IMG/VR virus record: IMGVR_UViG_3300035701_000040
Location: 1-54,272 of that record
Strand: one strand, 5' to 3'
Origin: a virus
Lineage: Duplodnaviria > Caudoviricetes
DNA: 54,272 bases
Shown here: piece by piece, positions 43,758 through 52,509 of the stretch
Layout: the number at the start of each line of letters is the position of its first letter
Position numbering within the stretch: position 1 is the first letter of the stretch
Made by a program: the position numbers and the translations under genes
The notes under the pieces: model-generated
The model's database searches: none
Seen by the model: the letters and a program-made list of their open reading frames with translations, nothing else
What the model was told of the DNA's origin: nothing

Positions 43758-43816
43758 CAGGTGAGCACAGGTGTTCACCAGTGTTCACTTGTGCTCAACT
43801 CTAATGGAGGTGCAGT

Positions 43817-44656
43817 ATGGGGAAGCGTGAACGCAGGTTCCGCAGCTGGAGTGATGTGAGGCGGGAGTTCCTGAGAGGCTTCAAAGAAGAGGAGCGCTCA
43901 GGCTCTAGGCCGGACCTCATTCAGCGTCTAGGCCTTGACACGCTTGCCAAGCCTACCGAACCAAAGGCTGAGGAGACGTGGGAATGTGCAGTCGGTGATG
44001 TGCGTGGTTGCCCGATTGTGCAGGCTCCAAAGATTCTCGTGCCTTGGGCGCTCTATCGCACTTGGGTTGAGCTGGCATTCCAGGTTGATACGGAATGGAT
44101 GGCTTACCTCACGGGCGAAGCAACAGAGCGTGGGTTTGAGGTGCGGAAGACGTACTTTCCTGCTCAGGTTGCGCGGCCAGCGCATGTGGAAGCGGTAGGT
44201 GAGCTTACCGCTGTCCGACCGGGCACCATCGGGAAGGTACACTCGCATGCTACGATGGCAGCATTCCATTCTGATGAGGACGAAGCGCATCAGAACTGGC
44301 CTGTGGAAATCGTGGTCAACTCCAAGGGGGAGACTGACTCGACTGTACGGGTCAAGCTGGAATGTGGCAGGTGGTCGAGAGTGAAATCGCGCATCATGCT
44401 CACTGGCACGGCGCAGTCGGAAGGCGCGCTGACTGAGCTGAGAGCGGCAATTGAGCAGGGAGAGGAGTTCGACAAGAAGCGGGCTCCGGCTCCGATGCTC
44501 TATGGCGAGGGCATACGGGCTGAGGTTGTGTCTCCCAGCGTGGGAGCTATCAGCGGTAGCGGGGAGCCGACTGAGGTTGACAAGGCTTATCAGGACTGGA
44601 TTGACCATCTGAATGGCGCTCGCAGCCGAGCACGAGAGTTCAACTTCGGGGTGTGA
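43817..44656 (+). CDS. JAB/JAMM (Mov34/MPN+) metalloisopeptidase
   Basis: DTEW..HSHATMAAFHSDED is an exact E..HxH-x7-S-x2-D motif; GGAGGTG RBS. Confidence 0.88.
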   Translation: MGKRERRFRSWSDVRREFLRGFKEEERSGSRPDLIQRLGLDTLAKPTEPKAEETWECAVGDVRGCPIVQAPKILVPWALYRTWVELAFQVDTEWMAYLTGEATERGFEVRKTYFPAQVARPAHVEAVGELTAVRPGTIGKVHSHATMAAFHSDEDEAHQNWPVEIVVNSKGETDSTVRVKLECGRWSRVKSRIMLTGTAQSEGALTELRAAIEQGEEFDKKRAPAPMLYGEGIRAEVVSPSVGAISGSGEPTEVDKAYQDWIDHLNGARSRAREFNFGV

Positions 44657-44670
44657 GGGAGGTGAGTGAA

Positions 44671-44895
44671 ATGGCGCAGATGTTCAGCAAGAGGCATTAT
44701 GAGGCAGTGGCTCGGGAGATTTCAGCAGCGGTGCGGTACTATGCTGAGCGCGATTGCCCCGGCGGTTATGACCGCTCTGTTGAGGGGCGGGGAATTAGGC
44801 GGGTAGCGGAGAACCTGTCTGCTCGCTTCGTCGAGGATAGCCCCCAATTTAACCGTGAGCGCTTCTTAGCAGCTTGCGGGGTGGAGGAGCGATGA
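44671..44895 (+). CDS. Hypothetical phage protein
   Basis: GGAGGTG RBS; SKRHYEAVA..DSPQFNRERFLAAC. Confidence 0.6.
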   Translation: MAQMFSKRHYEAVAREISAAVRYYAERDCPGGYDRSVEGRGIRRVAENLSARFVEDSPQFNRERFLAACGVEER

Positions 44896-45187
44896 TGCAG
44901 CACTGGCGGGTCAAACTACATTACCCGCGAAGGATTGGCAACGTAGAATACTTCGCAATCGTGGCACGGACGCGGGTTGAAGCTATCGCGGACGTGCTGC
45001 GCGACGAGGATATTCCACGCATCAAATCGGAGCGTGGACAGTGGCTCAAGGTAACGGCAAGGCGAGACCGGAATCCCTATTACGGGGAGGACACCTAATG
45101 TGGCGCAAAGCAGCAATCGCCCTTGTGTGGCTGGTGATCATTGGCGTGGCATTGATGGTCAGAATCTTCGAGCGGAGGAGGTGAGCA

Positions 45188-45385
45188 ATGGAGCACGTTC
45201 TATACGAGTGCGGCATCTGTAGCTGTTACCATCCGTGGGATTGGGACGGCGACTGCCGCGACGACTACAACCGCTGGGGTAGCCCTGAAGAGTATGCCCG
45301 AGCCAAAGGCGTCAGCGCTGACGAGGTTGAGGTTCGCAGCATGGACGACCGCGTAGCTGCTGACGAAGGGGACCAACATGCCTGA
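45188..45385 (+). CDS. Small Cys/acidic hypothetical protein
   Basis: GGAGGAGGTG RBS; YECGICSCYHP..GDCRDD. Confidence 0.55.
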   Translation: MEHVLYECGICSCYHPWDWDGDCRDDYNRWGSPEEYARAKGVSADEVEVRSMDDRVAADEGDQHA

Positions 45386-45689
45386 AATCTTTGGGGTAGC
45401 GTTCATAGCAGCGGTCGCTATCGGGCTTGTGCATACCGCTTGGGCATTCTGGCGTAGGCGACTGTACGCTCTCGGGCTCCTCGCGGGACTTGTAGGAGCG
45501 GGGTTGGCGGGGCTCCTATGGATCGCTATCACGTCGCCGGGATAGCGGTAGGGTGAGCCCCTTCACGGCCTTGGCCCCAGGCTTCCGCTGGGTGCCCTCC
45601 CTCCCGAGTCCGAGTGCCGGAGGCTGAGCCACTCCAAACCGGAGGCAGCCCGACTGGGGCTCGGGAGAGAGCGCACAAGGAGGTGCAAA

Positions 45690-45908
45690 GTGTCAAAGCA
45701 GGTAAGAGTCCAGGACTTGCAAGACCAGATTGGCTACAATGGGCCGCGCGCCATTCTGCGCTGTTCTGTGTGTGGCTCGGAGGCGAGTGCCAACAGGGGG
45801 GACTACTTCATGCTACCGGGAAACCACGTATTCCGGTGCTGTGACCTCCCTATGGCGAAGGTCGTCAAGAGCACAGTGTTCAAGCATGTTGGCCCCGACC
45901 ACGTTTGA
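45690..45908 (+). CDS. Small zinc-ribbon protein
   Basis: AAGGAGGTG RBS; CSVC..SANRGDYF..CC. Confidence 0.55.
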   Translation: MSKQVRVQDLQDQIGYNGPRAILRCSVCGSEASANRGDYFMLPGNHVFRCCDLPMAKVVKSTVFKHVGPDHV

Positions 45909-46532
45909 GGTAGCGTTATGGAAGTAGCTGAGAACGTTCGTCTAGCAGTCGCCTACCTCATCGGCGTGGTGAAGTATACGCTGTTTGTGGGGGCGGTGCT
46001 GGTGGTGGTGTTCAATGTGTGGAACCTGCTGAGGAGGAAGCACAATGGCTGAGAATTGCAAAGTCTGCCCCTGCTGCGGGCTGGTGCTCATTCCGCTCAC
46101 TGAAGTCGCTTGCGAAGTTTGCATCGACTATCTAAGTGAGAAAGATGAGCTACTAGCAGTGGGGGAGAATGAGGAGGGGAAACGATATGGCTAAAGCTAG
46201 AGCTGAGTATTACGTCAGCGTGTGCCCTGAGACCAAGCAGGTGTTCATCTGCAAGGTCGGGGTTGACAACAACCTCTGTATGGTGTTCGACCACGGCAAG
46301 CGCTCCGACACGGAAAACGCGAGGAAGATTGTAGACACTCTGAACCGAGGAGGCAAGAAGCATGGCTAGCAATCAGGGCATCCCAGCCTGCCCCATTTGT
46401 GGTGGGGGGAATACAAATACTCTTACGTTGCTCGGTTGCCAAATGATTGTCTGCCACGACTGCGGAGTTTGTGGAACCGTAGCAGAACTTGAAGCTATGA
46501 AACCTGAAGTCGATGAGGAGTGGGGATAAGCC

Positions 46533-46745
46533 ATGCCTAAAGCTGAATGCAGGTTGAACGAGCACAGCATCGAGTGCCGGGGTCGCCACACTTGCGGCCT
46601 CAAAATGCGCTGCCGTGAGTGTGCTTGGGTCGGGCCGTTGCGGGATGCCTTGCACGAGTACCGGCCTACGGACTTTGGGCAGGATGTCGAGCCGTGGGAT
46701 TATTGTCCTGATTGCCAGTCTGGGGAGTTGCAGCCAGCAGCATAG
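46533..46745 (+). CDS. Small zinc-ribbon protein
   Basis: CRECAWVG..CPDCQS. Confidence 0.5.
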   Translation: MPKAECRLNEHSIECRGRHTCGLKMRCRECAWVGPLRDALHEYRPTDFGQDVEPWDYCPDCQSGELQPAA

Positions 46746-46770
46746 CCGTGCTCCCTTACGGGGGTAAAAC

Positions 46771-47019
46771 GTGAGACTGGGGGTGTATGTAGTTGAATCT
46801 GCTACGCATTATAGAGTCTCATGCCCTCTACGCACAGTGAGACTCCCCTTATTTTACAGTCTCACCGCCCCCACAGCGAGTGAGACTCTTATCTATCTGA
46901 TTCTTAGGGAGTTAGGCTACCAGTCTCACGGTTTCCCCCCTGTTATAGAGGGCGCTCAATGGAATCAGCAACTTATGGCGTTTAAGCTCTGCGCCTGCGC
47001 CGGTAGATTCCAGTCTCAC
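46771..47019. repeat. Cluster of seven GTGAGACT/AGTCTCAC boxes; putative replication origin (iterons)
   Basis: Copies at 46771, 46815 (1 mismatch), 46837, 46858, 46880, 46922 and 47012; IHF-like AATCAGCAACTTA at 46963. Confidence 0.65.
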
Positions 47020-47854
47020 GACGCTCTAATTCGCCCGATTCGATAGCGTCGGTGAACCATCGGAACAAGGAGGCGCGGGAGATTGACTTCTCGGATGCGA
47101 AGTCGCGGAAGGTTTCGATGAAGATGTCTTGGTCGAACACGAGCGACTTTAGGAAGTTGTAGAGTAGGAAGTAGCTGGTTTCGTTGGTGGTCTCAACGAA
47201 GCAGCCCTTGTCGTCGATGCGGAAGTCGAAGCGTTCCTCGCGGGCGTTGCGGGGGAGCAGGTGCATGATGCGGCGGTTGTCGTACACGTCTTGGGGCTTG
47301 ACGCGCTCGATGAGGATGACGGTTTCTGTGTAAGCTGCCCACGCTGCGGAGCCCGAAACCCGCTGGCGCAGGTCGAGGTAGCCTTCATTCTCCTTGGTCT
47401 TGGGAGTGTGAGCACTGCCAATGAGGGTGAGCTTCTCGCGCTCCACGGTGAGCGCTACGCCTAGCAGGAACTTGGAGGTCATAGCGTAGAGCTTACCGCC
47501 CTCACTAGCTGGAGCCATCGACTGAAAGCCTTCCACGAAAAGGACTTCCACGCCAGGGATGTGAGTGCGGGCGAGGGCAATGATGTCAACTATCGGGTGT
47601 CCTCTACCGTCGATGGTGGGCATGGTAGCGGGGTCGATGTCCAAGCGAGCTAGCGTAGCCTCAATGCTAGCACGGCCACGGTCACAGCTCACGTAGGCGT
47701 ATGGCTTGGGGTGCGTAGAATAACCCAGTACGCGCTTGCCTTCGCGCCAATCGCAAATCATACGCAGCAGCCATGTGGTTTTTCCCACACCGCTAGCGCC
47801 TGCGACCAAGTGAATTTGCTCACTTGGGAATATCTGGTCGATAACGAATGGCAT
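46982..47854 (-). CDS. RepA/AAA_25-like helicase with C-terminal winged-helix
   Basis: LVAGASGVGKTT Walker A, YVSCDR, VLFVEG, AHTPK, SGSAAW, PRNA; C-terminal ISRASLFRW..GIYR; GGAG RBS before ATG 47854. Confidence 0.85.
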   Translation of the reverse strand: MPFVIDQIFPSEQIHLVAGASGVGKTTWLLRMICDWREGKRVLGYSTHPKPYAYVSCDRGRASIEATLARLDIDPATMPTIDGRGHPIVDIIALARTHIPGVEVLFVEGFQSMAPASEGGKLYAMTSKFLLGVALTVEREKLTLIGSAHTPKTKENEGYLDLRQRVSGSAAWAAYTETVILIERVKPQDVYDNRRIMHLLPRNAREERFDFRIDDKGCFVETTNETSYFLLYNFLKSLVFDQDIFIETFRDFASEKSISRASLFRWFTDAIESGELERRETGIYRRRRRA

Positions 47855-47957
47855 ATAGACTCCACTCGACGGAGATGAGGAGGCTGATGGTCGAGTCACC
47901 AACCTCCTCGAAGACTGCCCGGCGGGGGCAGTGAACCGGAGGTGCCCGGTTTTTGGA

Positions 47958-48049
47958 AAGGTAGCACGGGCGGCATCAAAAGTCAAGCGCAAAATTCTTG
48001 GGGGCACGTAACGATTTAGCTTGACACGAACACGAATCGGGTGTATGGT
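47958..48049. promoter_or_regulatory. Divergent sigma70-like promoters
   Basis: Minus strand: TTGACT (47986-47981)-17-TACCTT. Plus strand: TTGACA (48021-48026)-17-TATGGT. Confidence 0.55.
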
Positions 48050-48076
48050 CGTAACGAATTGGAGAGCGCCGTCGAG

Positions 48077-48274
48077 ATGGCAAACCACAAGTTGCTGAAA
48101 CCAAACAAGTTCTGTCGGCTATGCGGGAAGCGGCTGCGCGGCCAGCGCCGGAAGTTCTGCTGCAATCGGCATGGGACGCTGGCGAGGGTGCGTAAGTGGC
48201 GTGGCCTCAAGAGGGTCGAGTCCGGCTACGCGAAGGTAATGGTCGGTCAGGAGCGTGTATGTCCAACGTCATAG
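48077..48274 (+). CDS. Small basic zinc-finger protein
   Basis: CRLCG..RKFCCNRH..RVRKWR. Confidence 0.55.
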   Translation: MANHKLLKPNKFCRLCGKRLRGQRRKFCCNRHGTLARVRKWRGLKRVESGYAKVMVGQERVCPTS

Positions 48275-49488
48275 TAGTTGACCGCTCTCGAATCGAAGCT
48301 CACGAGCACTGCCGCCGCAGGCGCTATTGGCAGTACGAATGGCAAGGCCGTGGCTTGGAGTCCACGCGGCCCAGCGCGGCGTTGGAGATTGGGAAGGCTG
48401 TGCATACGGGGCTCGCGGGCCTGCTGGCCGACATCAGCATCGTCGATGAAGCCGTGGGCCTTGCTCTCCATGAATTCAGGCAGAATACCGCCATCTACAA
48501 CATCCAAGGGCAGCCCGAGGACACCGGGGAGGCAGCGGCGCTGGTCGAAGCCTTAGTCCGGGCTTGGGCGGCTGTCAGGCTCCCTGCATGGCTCGACGAG
48601 TACGACGTGCTCAATGTTGAGCGCGAGGAGTTGCTGCCGCTCGATGTGGGCATGGTTCTGCTAACGAGGGCTGACGCGCTGGTTCGGCGCAAGGGTGATG
48701 GCTCCCTGTTCCTCGTCAACTTCAAGACTGCCAAGCAGATTGACGTGGTGTGGCGAGAGCAGTGGCGGCTGGATATGCAGACGCTCTCCGAAGTGCTGCC
48801 GGTTGAGGCGAGGCTGTGTATGGAACACCCGTTTGTAGCAGCCGAGAAGCTCGCTGGTGTCATTATCGAGGGGCTAGTCAAAGGCGGGAAGTCGAAGGAC
48901 GGAAGCATCTCCTACCAGTCTCCCCTAACCTGGCCTTGGGCACAGCAGGCGATTCCGGGCGCTATCTACAAGGGCCGCTATGAGTGGGAGAGCATTGACC
49001 TCGACGGCAGCAGGCGGAACCGGAGGCTTGGCCGCGACTGGAAGCGAGTGCCCATATGGAAGGAGTCGGGCGGGGTCAAGGGCTGGATTGAGGAGCTGCT
49101 GCGCACCGACCGGGCGCTAGTCGAGGAGCAGTTCGTGACGCTACCTCCCATCCTGCGTAGCGAGTGGGAAATTGAAGAGTGGAAACGGGCGACGGTGGTG
49201 AGTGAGCAGAGCATTCGAGGCTGCACCATTCAGCTTGAGACTGACCCTGAGCTGCTGCCTGTGCTGTTCCAGAGGCACACGAGTCATGGCAACTGCCTGC
49301 GCCCGAGCAAGTGTGCTTGCTACGAGCTGTGCTGGGGCACAGCGGCTGCTGACCCAGTGGGCAGCGGACTCTATCGACTGCGAACCCCGAATCATGAGTA
49401 TGAACGTAATCTGCTGAGTGAGCAGACGCTAACTGAAGACGTGCTCAAGGCTGCTCACGAGACTTATGATGGTGAGCACAATCATTGA
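48259..49488 (+). CDS. Cas4/AddB-like PD-(D/E)xK exonuclease with Fe-S cysteines
   Basis: SRIEAHEHCRRRRYW, IGKAVH, VERE, RADAL, VNFKT, Q..SE, C-terminal C..C..YELC. Confidence 0.8.
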   Translation: MSNVIVVDRSRIEAHEHCRRRRYWQYEWQGRGLESTRPSAALEIGKAVHTGLAGLLADISIVDEAVGLALHEFRQNTAIYNIQGQPEDTGEAAALVEALVRAWAAVRLPAWLDEYDVLNVEREELLPLDVGMVLLTRADALVRRKGDGSLFLVNFKTAKQIDVVWREQWRLDMQTLSEVLPVEARLCMEHPFVAAEKLAGVIIEGLVKGGKSKDGSISYQSPLTWPWAQQAIPGAIYKGRYEWESIDLDGSRRNRRLGRDWKRVPIWKESGGVKGWIEELLRTDRALVEEQFVTLPPILRSEWEIEEWKRATVVSEQSIRGCTIQLETDPELLPVLFQRHTSHGNCLRPSKCACYELCWGTAAADPVGSGLYRLRTPNHEYERNLLSEQTLTEDVLKAAHETYDGEHNH

Positions 49489-49500
49489 AAGGAAACTGTT

Positions 49501-49725
49501 ATGCAAATCTGTCCCAAGTGCCGTCGGATAGCCAGTAGTGGAGCAGCGTTCTGCTCACTAGACGGCGCGAAGATGGTCAACGTGGAGTGTCCGAATTGCA
49601 GGTACGTAGCCGTCTCACCCCACGAGAAGTTCTGTGAGCGCTGTGGACGGGAAATCGAGGGGCTGTTTGAAGCAGCGCTTCGAGCCCGTGACGAGGAGGT
49701 AGCAAGTGCAACCAATGGCACCTAA
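49501..49725 (+). CDS. Double zinc-ribbon protein
   Basis: CPKC..FCSLDG..CPNC..FCERCG. Confidence 0.65.
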   Translation: MQICPKCRRIASSGAAFCSLDGAKMVNVECPNCRYVAVSPHEKFCERCGREIEGLFEAALRARDEEVASATNGT

Positions 49726-50626
49726 AGCTGACCTGGTTTATGCGGCAACCGGGCTGCGGAAGACCAGTAACATCGGCCTCGCTGCTCTCTACTTTTGGAA
49801 CAAGCTGCACAAGCGCACCCGCTTAGTGAGCGCCGATGGTGGAGGGTGGGAGCCGGTTCAATCGCTCGTTGATGAGGGCATCATTGTCCCGTGGCAGGTT
49901 GCCCTGCACCGCTTCCCGCTTACCGCCATGCAGCAAGCCTGCCAGGGTCACTGGCCGGTGGATGTGAACGACCCAGCTACCCAGCTCAAGCCCTTGACTA
50001 AGGAGGAGTGGGAAGGCATCGCGCTCGTTGCCTACGAGGGGCTCACCAGCTTTGGCGACCTGATGCTGCAATGGTTTCGCCGTACCGGGCAGAAGCTCTC
50101 ACAGGATGCGAGCTATAGCTACGACGATGGCGGAGGCATTAGCTGGTTCGGCTCCAACATGAGCCAGTATGGAGAAGTCCAGAACCGCATCTATGACTAC
50201 GTGATGAGCACCAACCGGCTGCCTTGTGACAAGGTGTTGTGGACAGCACTCGAAGGCAAGGGTGAGGAGGAAGGCTCGAAGGCTCCTATCTATGGGCCTG
50301 CTATTGCTGGCAAGAAAGCTGTGGGCAAAGCTGGGCAGTGGTTTGGGAACATGCTGCACATTGAGGCTGCTGTGATTGAGGGTGCTGTTGACAAGGACAC
50401 TAAGCAAATCCCCCTTGTCGTGAAGCCCACGATGTACCTTCGTCCTCATGCTGACCCAGTGAGTAAGATTCCGTTTCACGCGAAGACTCGCGCACCTTTT
50501 CAGTTTGCGGCAGAACTGCCGGAGAAGTTAGAGCCACCGGATATAGCCGCTTTGTACAAGCTGCTGGATGCTTTGAACGAGAAAGCACGAGCTTCTCTCA
50601 AGCAGACTGCCGCAACTAAACCATAA
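49706..50626 (+). CDS. AAA_24/Sak4-like ATPase (recombination)
   Basis: LVYAATGLRKTS, VSADGG, AYEGLT, QYG, WTALE, YGPAIAGK, AKTR; lies between the nuclease and SSB-like genes. Confidence 0.7.
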   Translation: MQPMAPKADLVYAATGLRKTSNIGLAALYFWNKLHKRTRLVSADGGGWEPVQSLVDEGIIVPWQVALHRFPLTAMQQACQGHWPVDVNDPATQLKPLTKEEWEGIALVAYEGLTSFGDLMLQWFRRTGQKLSQDASYSYDDGGGISWFGSNMSQYGEVQNRIYDYVMSTNRLPCDKVLWTALEGKGEEEGSKAPIYGPAIAGKKAVGKAGQWFGNMLHIEAAVIEGAVDKDTKQIPLVVKPTMYLRPHADPVSKIPFHAKTRAPFQFAAELPEKLEPPDIAALYKLLDALNEKARASLKQTAATKP

Positions 50627-50638
50627 GGAGGATGACCT

Positions 50639-51265
50639 GTGCCAGATATCAGTGAACTTAACCTGCCAGATGAGGCAATACCGGATATTGATTACAACGC
50701 ACCGGAGCCTGGGAGCTTCCCACCGCAAATCGCTCCCGGTGTCTACGAGTTCATGTTCCACTTGCCGGAGAAGGGAAGCGACTGCTTCGACAAGCAGACC
50801 GTTGAAGGTAAAGACCATGCGGTGTTTGTTCACGAAGCCGAGGCCCTCCGCAACTCTAAGGGTGAGGCCGTTACCGCCAACGCCGATGGCAAGCAGCCCT
50901 TGCTGCGCTTCCAGCGAGCCTCAACCTACAAGCACGTCAAGATGCCAAACTCGATGCTTGGGGACTTGCTGCGCTCACTCAACGTTCACATCGACGGGCC
51001 GCTGACGCTGCACGCCGTAGCTGATGCGCTAGCGGCCATCGACGGTCGAGCAACCTACAAAGGTGAAGTCGGCTGGCGGAGCTACTGTAAGTCCTGCGAC
51101 CAAACGGTGAGCACCCACCCCCGCAAGAAGAAGGGTGATGCTGCTTGGCCGCGCACGGCAGAGGGGCAGTACGAGCTGACAGCGACTTGCCCCAAGTGCG
51201 GTAACAAGTCATATGGAAATGCGGAGATTGTGCGCTACAGGTTGCCAGAGCGCGAACGCAGCTAG
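50639..51265 (+). CDS. Putative ssDNA-binding (DUF669-like) protein with zinc ribbon
   Basis: Acidic N-terminus, PGVYEF, CKSC..CPKC; follows the Sak4-like ATPase. Confidence 0.55.
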   Translation: MPDISELNLPDEAIPDIDYNAPEPGSFPPQIAPGVYEFMFHLPEKGSDCFDKQTVEGKDHAVFVHEAEALRNSKGEAVTANADGKQPLLRFQRASTYKHVKMPNSMLGDLLRSLNVHIDGPLTLHAVADALAAIDGRATYKGEVGWRSYCKSCDQTVSTHPRKKKGDAAWPRTAEGQYELTATCPKCGNKSYGNAEIVRYRLPERERS

Positions 51266-51319
51266 TAGCACAACTCTCCTACTCATCTTGGGTTCTGAGC
51301 GCCCAGAAAGGAGGACACC

Positions 51320-51565
51320 ATGCCAGAGAGCAAAGCAGCGAGAGTGTTGAACTACTTTGAGACAGCGCCGGTTGAGACAGCCGAGTTGGTACTCGACCTA
51401 GCGCGGTCGAAGATGCGGGCACGCAAGGCTTTCTCACAGGTTCGGTCAGCAGCGGCGCGTAAGCGGTTCGCTAAGACTGCGGCCCCGAAAGCTGGGCGGC
51501 CCCGTAAGACCTATCCAGCTTCAGCATCACAGGAAGCGGGGCAGGACGCGGCAGCGCCAGTCTAG
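51320..51565 (+). CDS. Small basic protein
   Basis: AGGAGG RBS; contains a GRPRK AT-hook-like motif. Confidence 0.55.
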   Translation: MPESKAARVLNYFETAPVETAELVLDLARSKMRARKAFSQVRSAAARKRFAKTAAPKAGRPRKTYPASASQEAGQDAAAPV

Positions 51566-51570
51566 CTGCC

Positions 51571-51770
51571 TGTGAGCACCATCGCGTGCTCACAAGGGGG
51601 ATGACTAGAGGGGCTCTGGGCACCTTACCACGCAGGCGTCCGGTTGCAGCGTCTAACCTCTGGAACCCCCCTTGTGAGTGCGTGAGAGCACATAAGCTAT
51701 GCTGCCAGGAAGGTTACTAGCATCGAGTAACGAGGCTCCACATCGGGCTTGGTGGAAAGGATGGCAGCAT
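51571..51770 (+). ncRNA. Structured intergenic RNA candidate
   Basis: Stems at 51571-79/51586-94, 51589-600/51667-78 and 51699-707/51762-70. Confidence 0.45.
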
Positions 51771-51777
51771 TCAACCT

Positions 51778-51972
51778 TGAGGGCGTGCGGCGTGGAAGGA
51801 CACGCGAATGGTGTACATGGGAACGGGGGCAACCCAGTTAGCCTGGGCATCCGATACCCTTCCGGTGCGGAGAAACCGTTTGAGGCAGACGGCCACTGCT
51901 AGAGAGTATCCGCAAATGCAATCGGAGCCGGAGCAATCCCATGATCCGGTATCAAGTCCGGCCACGCCCTCA
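51778..51972 (+). ncRNA. tRNA-like RNA with a roughly 130-nt expanded anticodon arm
   Basis: 10-bp closing stem TGAGGGCGTG/CACGCCCTCA; D-arm-like GCGTG-GAAGGA-CACGC; T-arm-like CCGG-TATCAAGT-CCGG. Confidence 0.6.
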
Positions 51973-52263
51973 GCAGATTGCGTGTCGCGGGGGTCTGAAT
52001 AGGAGGCTAGCATGGAAGCAATGGCAACGATACTGGTGGTAACGATACTGGCCGTGGGATTTCTTCTCTACTACGGTCTTTATCTTATTGACAAAACGCT
52101 GAGTCAGATTCGTGACGCCCTTAAGAAGCAATGACCAGCACGCACAAGTTCGCGCCCCGGCCACGGGGTCAAACGGCCGGTCGTCGGATACTGGGGACTA
52201 TCAGTAATGGCGATGCCAGCGAACTTGGCTGGCGGGTCGGGGCACGATTTATAAGGAGGAACG

Positions 52264-52482
52264 ATGGTAGACACGATTTGTTGGCTAATTGAAGTTGGCA
52301 AAGGTCCATATTACCTTGGCGGTTTTGACAAGGCCACAGGAAAGCCCATAGCAACCGCACAAGTTAGTAAGGCTACGCAATTCGTCTCTAAGCGGGACGC
52401 GGACGAGTGCCTTCGAGCTAATGAACTTAGGAACTCGGCCGGAGGTAAGGCTGTGGCGCGCGCGCATGGATTTGCAGACTAA
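52264..52482 (+). CDS. Hypothetical protein
   Basis: AAGGAGG RBS; WLIE..PYY..ATQFVSKRDA..AHGF. Confidence 0.55.
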   Translation: MVDTICWLIEVGKGPYYLGGFDKATGKPIATAQVSKATQFVSKRDADECLRANELRNSAGGKAVARAHGFAD

Positions 52483-52509
52483 CCAGACACGATTTACAGG
52501 AGGCGGAGA

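Noticed and set aside
48259-49488. Cas4 as part of a CRISPR-Cas locus
   Set aside because: There is no repeat-spacer array or other cas gene; the context is the usual phage nuclease/Sak4/SSB module.
51778-51972. Canonical tRNA or tmRNA
   Set aside because: There is no 7-nt anticodon loop, no GTTC T-loop, no CCA end and no evident tag reading frame.
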